Origin: Blasia pusilla
Lineage: Eukaryota
Direction of reading: 5' to 3'
Assembly: GCA_050084515.1 (NCBI GenBank)
Contig: CM114271.1
Location: forward strand, 37,262,001-37,326,000
DNA length: 64,000 bases
Shown: positions 53,480 to 64,000 of the stretch, one piece after another
Layout: each line of letters starts with the position of its first letter
Numbering within the stretch: position 1 is the stretch's first letter
The notes under the pieces: model-generated
What the model was told of the DNA's origin: nothing
The model's database searches: none
The model's input: the letters and a program-made list of their open reading frames with translations, nothing else
Made by a program: the position numbers and the translations under genes

Positions 53480-55740
53480 GAGTCCTATTACTATATTAGA
53501 TGATGAAAGACTCTATAATCTTTGAAGATTCATATGTCCAATTCTTTCATTCCACACATTTAAATCTGTGACTTATTGGCCGGTTTGACCATACATTGCT
53601 ATTTGAATCTCTCGCATGGAAACATCTAATTTGAACATTCTGCCAGATCTAGTTCCTTTGGCTATTGTTGTCTGGTCATCCATTGTTTGAATGAAATAAC
53701 CATCTGCGTTAAACTTCACTTGATAACCCTATTCTACTATCTGTCCTACAGAGATCAGATTTCTTGCAATGGTACGAACATAGAAAATATTTCTAAGAGC
53801 ACAAAGACCATCTGATGCTATTGGAATTTTACCGGTATGCGTGATATGATGTTGAGTGTCATCTCTTGTGAGCACAATTGCTTGATCATTCACCGGCTCC
53901 AAACTACTGAACTATTTAGCTTGTGAGGTCATGTGATTTGATGCACCAGAGTCAAAGTACCAATCTACTGTCGAGTCTTTCTTGACCATTGCTCCCATAT
54001 GATGAGTCATAACCAAGAGATGCTCCGTTTGTGAATGTTGTTGTTCTTGGTACTGCTCTTGGTATTATTGCTCCAAATAGTTTGGTTGTTGTAAGGCTAA
54101 TGTTCTCATATGTGCCTTCTTCTTGAAACAAAACTTTGCATAGTGATCCTTTATCCCATAATAATTGCAAGATCCAATGATCCTCTACTGTTGACCTCGA
54201 CCCCAACGGTTTCCACCATCACTACCTTGTGATTGTGTCTGGTACTGGTTCGTAGTTGATTGAGTGACGTTGTATTGAGTGCTTCTTCCTCCATATGCTT
54301 GGTATCCAACACGAGCACATAAACTTCTACCACGACCCTTGCCTCTGTTTGATCCATAACCTGCAAATAGGGCACTCTTTTGCAGACTAGACAAGCTACT
54401 GCTGCCTACTAGGTACATCTCTTCACTGATTAACAAAGGGACTAACTCTTGGAAGGTTGGATACTTCTCTCTCACAAAGATAGAGATCTCAAAGGACTTG
54501 TAATACTTTGGAAGGCCTTGAAGAGTGAACAAAATCAGATCATCATCTTCTATTGTCACTCCAATACTATTCAACTGATCAACAATATGTTTGATACTCA
54601 AAATATAATCATTGATGCTCTGCGATCCTTTCCTCACTTTGTTCGATTACTTTTTGAATTGAATCTTTTTGGCCCTTGTAGATGTTTAGAGTAGCTTTTC
54701 CAATGCATCCCAGGCCTGTTTTGGAGTATCAACATATTGAATGTGACGTATCATTGGCGAACTGATCGTTATTGAAATGTAGTGGATTACTTGCCTTGTG
54801 CGTTTGTTCCAGACGCGAACATTCAAGTTTGTTGAGTCACCTTCTAGTTTGGCCTCATCATATATGACAAGCTCCCATAGTTCTTGACCCATCAAAAATG
54901 GTTTCATGCCAAACTTCTAGACATTGTAATTTTTCTTATCTAGCTTCTTGCCTGTGATTGTTGTTGAGGAATACTCCATGACGAACGATTTCTCTCAAAA
55001 AAATGTAATTTCAGGTTCTCTACTGCTCCAATTGAAGCATAAACCACTCCTACATAGAAATCGATCTGAAATCTGCCAAAAATTGATCAAAAATATCAAA
55101 GAACTAGTCAAAATTGGCATGTAGAGAGCAAACTCCACAACTTTTCTTCACTAATTGCACTTTCCAACACTGAAATTACTATTGCATGAGCTTAGAATGT
55201 CAAAATTGAGCGATTTTGGATGCAATAGAAAGCTCTCGACGAGCTCTACAAGACGACTAGAACAAGCCTTTCGCATTATTCTAGCCGCTGCAAACCTAGA
55301 AGGCTAAATTGACCGGGAGAGCCCTTAAAAATGCCTCCAAAGTTTTATCACCGTCAAAGCTCCACGTGAAATTTGCACCCACTGAGCTCTGAACAAAATG
55401 ACCTTCTCCCAAATTGAAATCGTGACTTCTCTTGCCTCTCTTCTCTCCTCAAACACCAAGAATTTCAAGTGATGTTCTCCTATCGTTCTGATACCATGTG
55501 GAAAACTGCTAAAGAAGCATAATTGGTGGGAAACGACTCTCACATTCACACCACCATGGAGAAAAAAATTTGCAATAAGAGAATAAGTGGAGGCTGGTCC
55601 TCTTCTCAATTATATAGGGTATGTACAAGCAACCCTAACTCTAACCTTAACCATAGTCTCGAGTTAGACTAACTATGATTAACTAACCCTAGTTAAGATA
55701 ATCGCGCTTAAGTGACTAAACAAGATTAAACTTCCCTACT
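53480..55740 (-). mobile_element. Ty1/copia 5' portion: LTR, tRNA-Met PBS, gag, zinc knuckle, protease
   Basis: Minus strand ...CA|TGGTATCAGAAC at 55485-55496. gag motifs AWDALEK and LILFTLQGLPKYY, knuckle CNYYGIKDHYAKFC, protease WYFDSGASNHMT (~53930-53965), then RNLISVGQ. Confidence 0.9.
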
Positions 55741-56569
55741 TTGTGTGAGTACCAAATTTAGCAGTTCATGTGTCTCATGAGCTTGACTGTAACTCAATAA
55801 CTAGTAGCCGCTTTGCATTGATCGAGAATAATGTCATGAAGCCATAGTTGCAATCTGCTTTTGATCGTTTTGTTGTGCTGATCGGGGAAAAAACACATCG
55901 TCTGGATCACGGAGCTATGCCATCTCTAAGGAATATAAAATGTATTTTGACAATAGAATAGGGGATGACCATAGTTGCCACATCTTTTCATCGAGTGTTG
56001 TGTTGTTTGTAGATGTATCTTGCCGTCGTAACCGTATCACACCATCAAGGAGGACTAAGTTCCGTTATCATGGAGGAGTAAAATTGGCTAACGATTAGAC
56101 GATTTTTTTTTCACAACTAAGTTCAAGACAATTTTCATTTTTTGAGGAGAAACATTGATATCAAGTTTCAAGTAACTCATTGTAGTCTTTCGGCTTGAAC
56201 TTATAAGAGATTTCTAGATATTGGATATTTGTTGTAGTCTGTAATTTTGTAGGGATGTTGGGAGCATCATTAATGTACGACAATAGGAGAAATAGATCTA
56301 TGTGGGATGTCCCAATTGATAGTTATCCAATATTGATGAGAGGATAGCTTAGTATCAAGGATTGTTGCACTACGCCAACTTGTTATCATGTTGTACACGT
56401 CTAAGGGAGAGAGTCCGTAGGATGAGTGTTGCACATGTTAGTTTCGAGTGATCGAAAAATTACATGTAGGTTTGAGATTGATGAACCTTATGCCAGGAGG
56501 CATGAGGTTCATCATGATGTCCTTTTGGGATTTTGAGATATGATTGAGGTGGTACACTAGAGAGTATTA

Positions 56570-56825
56570 CTAGAGCGTTTATGCGAGGTTGCGCAAGGTA
56601 TTAAAGATCCCCATGCGAGGGACCGCCTCAACCTTCTTTTGTGTCATCCTAAGATGGGGGAGAGGTCTTAGAGGAAGATTTTTGCAATAAGTCACTACTA
56701 TGTTAAGCGGTCCTATTGCTTGGGTATACAAGATGGACGACCCAAGTAGAGAATTGCACAAGTTTTCATGGGCTATAGTAATCATTTAGTTACGTGACTT
56801 CATCGTTGAGTTTAGGAGTTGGTAG
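56570..56825 (+). pseudogene. gag 5' fragment of the same gypsy family
   Basis: tacaagatggacgacc and ttcat...gagtttaggagttggt are shared with 1150-1400. Confidence 0.8.
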
Positions 56826-57981
56826 AAAACATAATCAACACACTTGCCACTTTATCCTAGATGATAGACTATTCATATAGTCCCATGAACCTACATAATT
56901 CACTTTTGACTTATAACGATGTTAATATATAAGAAACAACTTGAGTTTGGAGATATATCAATAGTCCTCCTTAATCTCAACCTAGTACCTCTCATAAGGA
57001 TGAAACTTATATCTACAAAGTCAATTGGTCCAATTGCTAATTTGTTGTAGAATTCCTCTCACTTTCTTATAACTTCCTAGCGTTAATAGATGACTCAATT
57101 TTTTTTATAGATAGTTCATTCCACACTTCTTTCGGTATCTTTGCATTTTCAATGCAACATATCATATATGTAATAATTGATGGTTATGGATTACTTGCCT
57201 TACCTTCTTGTTTCATTTTTTGACTTAAGGATCAATAGAATTTCATTTGGGAATAGAAATTTGGAAGGATCAACTCATAGAGACCATAAATAGTACTTTA
57301 ACCACATATTGCATAAAGGTTTAGAAAGGTCACTCTCCAACCCTAGAAACAAGAGAAAGGCCCAAAGTTTAAGAGAATTAATATGTTGCTTTCCTCTCAA
57401 AGAGAAGAAAAAGTGGACTAGGTCGCAAGTATTATTTATGCCCTCTATAGGTGGCCTTCATCTTCTTTTTCCTAGCCAAGTAGACTATCCAACATATCAT
57501 CCCATCTCGTGTGCTTATGTCTACCAATTCATACTTTGGTTTTGAGATCCACACTCGTGTAAACTGATTATTCTTAATTGGCTTGTGTGAACTAATTTTT
57601 GTCATGTAAACTTGACACAATCAAGTTTATGACGCTACCAATCACTCTTACGCAAGCTTCTCTCGTATTTGGATGTGCCTTTCCTTTTTGTGTTTGTATA
57701 AAGGACCCCATCCTAAACCTCTTCCTTTCCCCATTTGAGTTGGGATGATGAACCCTAAACATGCATGGGTCCTCCAAACGGCATCGCAAATTGGATTATG
57801 AAAATATGCTCAAAGTTTGGATAAATTTTGTACCATTCAATTAGGACACCTTTCATGAACAATAATGAAAATGATGATTTTATTATTACTAGTTAGGTCC
57901 CATGAAAGATGAGAGACTATGCGATGCATTAGTCTTTGGAACCCTAAACACCAAGTTATGCCACTTTAATGCCCAATTATG

Positions 57982-58059
57982 CCACGTGTCTTACATTTTG
58001 AGTTTAAAAGACACTTAACTCCACGTGTCTTACATTTTGAGTTTAAAAGACACTTAACT
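57982..58059. repeat. Perfect 39-bp tandem duplication
   Basis: ccacgtgtcttacattttgagtttaaaagacacttaact x2. Confidence 0.95.
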
Positions 58060-59651
58060 GTCGCCATTCCTCCAATAGTAGTACATCAGATTATTTTGCT
58101 TCATTAGTAGAGGGTGGGCTTTTGTAGTAATGGCTCCATGACAATCGGTAGATTCAGTTGGATTGATGTTGGAAACGCATAATTCTTAATCATCCCGATG
58201 GATGAGTATAAATAAAACTTTAGGAAGAGAGGTGTGCTAGCAAGCAAGGATTGATGAGGGATCCTTTACGGATAATTTAAAATAGAATGGAAATTCAGGA
58301 AGTGATAGAGTGCAAGAGGAATGGCAGCAATGAACGTGTAACACGGTGAAAAGACCTCGCTAAATTGGAGACGTCATTGAATGAATCTCAAAGTCTGTTC
58401 CTTCCGCGAGGGATCTTTGGTGTGCTCTCGACATTGTTCATTAGGAGGTTCGTGTTCGATCTCCTCTTCCCAATCCAATAGATCCGATGGCGAATTTGAC
58501 ACTACGATCCACATGCATATTGGAAGAGGATCTGTTCACAGGAGGAAGATCTTGTGAAAGGTATCCAATGAAAACATTGCCTCGACATTTGTAGACCTAA
58601 TGAAATGTTCCGATCAATGCAAACGTGACAATCATCCTATCATCTGTAATTGACTTAGAAGGTCTCGCAAGCGGTTCTCAAAACCCTAATATCACCGGAC
58701 TTAACTTCAGTTGCGATCAAACATTCATCCTCTCAAGGTTTCAGAAGGTTCGCAACTTCCGCTTCACCACCCCAGTGTCACCCGAAGCCCATACTTTGTC
58801 CCGGAATCGCATTCAAGGCGCCTAGGGTAGCGTCTACCTCGAGCTGGGTCAGGCCTAGGTTTCAGGTTCGGGAGCCCCGGTATGGAGAGGTCGCGACTCA
58901 GGGTAAAGAGGTCGCGACGGAGGACAGGGAGGACAGCATTCGGAGACGGACGGATCTAAACGAGACGGCGCTAATCGGGTGGACGGAGTCCGGAGACGGA
59001 CGACGTCCGTCCGTACTACGTTCGGTCCACTTCAAATGATAGAATTTGTCGACGGGTATTAGGGCGGGAATTAGGGGATTCGATCATTTTGGAAAGAACG
59101 GAGAAGAGCGGTAGAAACCAAACACAGAGGGATTAGCATTTTATTACGAGCATATTAGCATTTGATTACGAGCGGAAGACCCGGAACCGAGGAATACGAA
59201 GGGCGCGCGAGGAGAAACAGGGAAGGAGGAAGAGCAGAGACCGTGATTAGCTGTGATTATCAGCGTATTAGCATTTCATTACGAGCTTGATTAGTTGTAA
59301 GTCGAACTGCTGCGAGCTGCGGACCGCGGATTTCAAGCCGGATTAGGCGGATGGGGTCCACTCCGTAACTTTCATGTAAGAGATTCTTTGCGTCCGTGAG
59401 TATCATTTGCCAATTTGCACGTAAGTAGCTATCAGTGCCACACATTCAGCCATGGTGATAGCTAAAAGCTTAGATCGTAATCCAAGAAAACATGTCTATT
59501 ATTATGTGCACTATAATTTTGGTGTTCGGTTCCATTTATGTACTGTCCGGTCTTGCCCAGGTCGAATGGACAAAATTCACACTTTAAGCCTGCACTTGAA
59601 GTTTGCACTTTAATTGGAGCCTGCACTTGAATCCCTGAACAACTTATAGCC

Positions 59652-62600
59652 ATGGTGAAATTCAAGAAATATTCAGCTGCATTTGAATGCGATGTCATCC
59701 AAAACCCTCTCCCTGGTCCTCTTTTGAGCGAGCATTTGATTTGGTATGGCAATAGAAAAGAGGCATGGATTCCCTCAGATAGGGTTGAAGACTTCATTCA
59801 TGGTGAAGAACAAAGACCACATTTAGGAAAAGGAATACCGACAAATCAGGGAACATACATGTTACAGTTCGATACTGGTGTTCATATGGACCCCAGGATC
59901 ATAGGAATACCGTCTGGACCTCTCTGCCAAGTGAGGTTTTTGATTCAAACTTGCGCTGCAAGGGAGGTAAGGGTAGTAGGCCAGAAAGCCAAAGTACACG
60001 GCTTGGGCTGTCTCAGGGACGTGGATGCCAATTTCACTTTGCCGTTGTAACCTCAAAGGACCATACAGGTGTTCTATGTTGAGGCATATGCATTCCAAGC
60101 ATGTCGATAAGGCGGGCTGTATATGCCATGGGGACTTAGACAGGACTGCAAACATTGCGAATGCTATTGTTGCCCCGAAGTTGAGTTCTCATTGTAGGGA
60201 TTTTGTTGAACGGTTATTGCGAGTGAACGTGAGCCCCTTAAATATCATGAAGGAGCATAGGAGATGGATTCGTGAACACATTCTCGATAATCCTAATGAG
60301 GCACAAGCTTGGGGCAGGGACGCTATGTTAAAACCACAAGACATCCTTAATATCAAGCATTCAATGCGAAGACGCAAAGGGGGGTATGATGGAACCGATG
60401 ACGCCACTGCAATCCAACATTGGGTTGCAGCTCATCCTGAAAATGTCATACACTACAGGGAGGCCATTTCAAGTTTAGGCCAATCTTTCATCCTGGTCAT
60501 TTCTACACCTTGGATGCTTCAGAATCTTTTGCATCTTGGTAACGGTGGAGCCATCTCCATGGATGCCACTCATGGCACAAACACATATGAGGTAATTTCA
60601 AACATTCTCAGAACTGTAATGTCATTCTCTTAGAGGAGTTTATAGGCTACATTACTTCTGTGCTATCATTTGAAAATTGCTGCACGATCTGGCAGAAATG
60701 GTAACATTTGGAACGTTGTGTTCACTTTAATAGATATGTACATGAACAATCGGATTCCTGAACACACTCTTTTCTATGTTCACAGTATCAGCTATTCACG
60801 TTGCTGGGTTTTGACAAGTTTCAAAACGGATTACCTCTAGTATGGGCCATTTTACAGAGGCATCAACATCGGGATCTAGTGGATGCATTGGCCCATATCA
60901 AGGATTGATTGGGCAGATACATATATGACAAGAGATTTTGCGTCGGTTGGTAGCCCGGTTGGAAACCGTCATGCTTCATAGTTGGCGACTCCAAAGAGGA
61001 ACAATGCAATCGAGAAGTCTTCCTCGATGTTCCCATAGACCTGTGTCTATGGCATGTCAGGAAGAATTGGTTAAAGCAATTGCACCAACGAGTCCGTTGT
61101 CCAATTACAAAAGCAGACATGAACAGGGACTTGGGTGGTATCATGTACTCACGTGAAGAAGGTATGTTCTATGTGAGTCAATAATAGTAGTTCGTTTCAT
61201 TGTTTCTCAGCTATGTCCGTTGTGGGAGTAGGGTTCATATTAATTAAGCAATGGTTGCCTGTCCCAGATCCTATGGATGTCTCGTATCGTTTCATGCGCA
61301 AGTGGGCTGCAACTGAACGTCTCTTTGTGAAATACTATTTAAACTATTGGCATCCTAAGATTGTTACTTGGGCAAAGGGCTATCGTAAGCATGCAAGATC
61401 CAACCAAGATACAAATGCCTCGATAGAAAGGTGGCACCACACTCTGAAGATGCATCTCACTTCTAGCATGCCTACAAAACCCACCAGGAAGCTCATATGG
61501 CTTGTGCAGATCTTATGCGGGGAAATAGAAGATTTCTTTTGGTACTTGGGATTTTTGAAACGAGAGGGTATGGTGAGGAACAAGGCAATCCAAAAAGTCA
61601 TTCTCATGGCTATTAGAAGGGCAAATGATATCCCAGAGAGCCATGTCACATTTCAATTGGTAGATGGGAGGAAATGCGCAATGGTGAAGAGTTGCTCCAA
61701 GCCCGACTATTGGCATGATGTGGTTGACTACGACAAGAAAGATGTTGCTTGTACATGCTCTCGTGCCAATGAAGGATTCACGTGCAAACATCAGGTGTGT
61801 TTCTTGCACCCCAGATTTGGTGACCAAGCTATAGTCCCACCTGGAATCAAACAATCCTATGTATTAAGTATGTCTTATTCCTGCACTAGATGTACGAGGA
61901 TTTTACATGCACCCTCATGAGACTTTTTAATTGTATCAGGTGAAGTGCTTACTGTTGAGTGGGCACTCTGAAGTAGAGTTGTTGTCTTTCCTTGGCACAC
62001 GTTTTGGTAGCAAAGCTGGTGGGTTGGAAAACATGGTGCAAAGGCATGCACAGGAGCAACATGGAGACACACCACTGGAATCAAACTTGTCTTACGGTGT
62101 TGGTTATCCGAGAAGAGGTGCAAGCTACTACTCCCTGACGGTTGTATCACAAGCAACAACTCAGGAAGATGTTCGAGAGATGGTGGAAAAATGCTTGGCC
62201 ACAACCATTGGAGTCCCATTCTGCAGTGTTCTTCTTGAACATTTGTATGTACTTTTGCAGAAGGATATGGACTCACTTCTGAACCTGAAGGCGCGGATAG
62301 AGACGAACACAGAACTTCCAAAAAATGTAATGAACATTGGACAACACTTCCCTGAACCCTTTGTTGGAGGCAATTCTCAAGAGATTAAATTTGCGTCGGG
62401 CAGATGGGTTGGTTTGAGCGGATGAATCAGAGAAGGAATTCACATTCCACACGTTCCACATGGAAGAATCAACCCCAAGCAACAATGAATCAGGTGGAGT
62501 CCTTTCCCAGAGTGAAACGATCAAAATATCAGAACATGGAGGCGGAATTGGAAGCAGATGCATGTAATCATCTTGATTTGGACGCTATCGTGAGCCAATA

Positions 62601-62800
62601 TGAAAGCGAGGCAACTAAGGAGAATACTCAACAGTCAGAATGGCCTCTGGTTGATACAAGGCCACATAAGAACTACAAAATCAGTACTACTACAAAGAGA
62701 ACCACTGCAGATGTCATACTTGATAGTCTGTTGGATGAAGAGCGATATGTTGCGGAGGGTAGTCAATCCGATGAGTACTCAAGAAGACCGGATAATTTGT
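59652..62800 (+). pseudogene. Mutator-like (MULE) DDE transposase with SWIM zinc finger, intron-containing and disrupted
   Basis: ISMDATHGTN|YQLFTLLGFD..GLPLVW, CFIVGD, LCLWHVRKNW, DTNASIERWHHTLK and SWIM CTCSRANEGFTCKH. GT-AG introns at 60592-60785, ~61162-61268 and ~61795-61939. An in-frame stop near 60906 and frameshifts. Confidence 0.85.
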
Positions 62801-63168
62801 ATGTAGTCAGATTCCTATTCATGATTCATGAAGCATTTCCAAATTTCACATATTAGCACAGAACACAAGAAATGTGGTGTTCAACAAAAAAAATGTATTT
62901 TTTATGTATCGGATGTTTACGCACGAGAAATGTGTTCCCTTCTCATGTTCATGTCCACCATGTCCCATTTTCATGTACGGCGAGCAATCATGTTCTGTTT
63001 TTACCCTAGCATCCAAACGATAGTAACCATCGTGTAGGCCATATTGTGAACCATAGTAACCTGTCTTCACGGTTTTGTATAGTAATAGTTCGAACCCAAT
63101 TCAATTAATATTCAAGCATCCAAACTATGGTTACCACAGTCGGTTTTCTATGGATGTAGTAAACGTAT

Positions 63169-63300
63169 GAGGTATGTTTGAACCCGAACCATGTCCGCAA
63201 CGAGGTATGTATGAACCCGAACCACGTCCGCAACGAGGTATGTTTGAACCCGAACCACGTCCGCAACGAGGTATGTTTGAACCCGAACCACGTCCGCAAC
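63169..63300. repeat. 33-bp minisatellite x4
   Basis: gaggtatgtttgaacccgaaccacgtccgcaac repeated four times head to tail with minor variants. Confidence 0.95.
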
Positions 63301-64000
63301 ACCGTGCGGCATACTTTAGGGGCATGTCCGCACCGCCACGCGCTTGTGTCAATTTTAGAGAACTTATGTAATATAGTTCTGACTACTTCTATAGTCATAA
63401 CTAAAAAAAAACACCTCAGAAGGCCCACGAACCCTACCCCTGAGGGTCGTGCCTCTTCGTAAACATTTAGCGGTGTGAGGTGACCTTCCCCTAATTAGGG
63501 CTTGATTAAAATCGTATCTAACCGAGATTGTCACAGTGGATTGACGACTGGGGGATACCCAACAAGAAGGCTAGAATTGATTGTCCGATGTATGAAGCAA
63601 ATGCCCTTGAAACACAGCCTTTGAGGTGTTCATGAATGAACACCTACATTTCGTTGTTCATACATTTTTCGTGTCATTGCATTTCTGATCACTAAACTTG
63701 TATTTGCTCTGAGTGTTTTGACCATTTGTATTTTATTTTTGAACAGGGTGTCATGGACTCTATCTATTCATGAGGTGATTACACATGAGTGCTTTACTTT
63801 CTTGGAAATTCAGGAATCGATAAGCGTGGGACAAAACATTGATCCTCACAGGATTACAAAGTTTACCACCAATTACAGGTGGAGGCACATGTGATCATTC
63901 ATAACATGTAAGACACATCGGAATAAGGTAAGGAGGAATTTGTTAAGGTATCATTCAAGAGTACAAACTTAGGGACAAAGATCAAGAATAGCTTTGCAAG

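Noticed and set aside
63169-63300. Regular 33-bp repeats resembling a CRISPR array
   Set aside because: The units are head to tail with no unique spacers, there are no cas genes, and the context is eukaryotic.

Overview
Repeat-rich eukaryotic DNA from a plant, probably a non-flowering streptophyte such as a bryophyte or lycophyte. This is inferred from the spliceosomal introns, the NF-YB sequence and the transposon families. Only one clear host gene is present: an intron-containing NF-YB (HAP3) transcription factor on the minus strand (~35.3-38.7 kb), with a predicted 6-nt micro-exon. The rest is nested, mostly decayed transposons: several Ty3/gypsy copies of one family, Ty1/copia remnants, a large intron-containing Helitron plus an oppositely oriented relative, a CRE-like LINE with a restriction-like endonuclease, a MULE/SWIM transposase and hAT remnants. 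The main finding is that the Ty3/gypsy family carries a DNMT3-like C5 cytosine methyltransferase domain between protease and reverse transcriptase, and a PHD finger after the integrase. Methyltransferase motifs VI, VIII, IX and X are in the copy at 0.9-7.7 kb and motif I is in the copy at ~49.4 kb. All copies here are pseudogenised and catalytic motif IV was not found. All calls were made by eye, without database searches.
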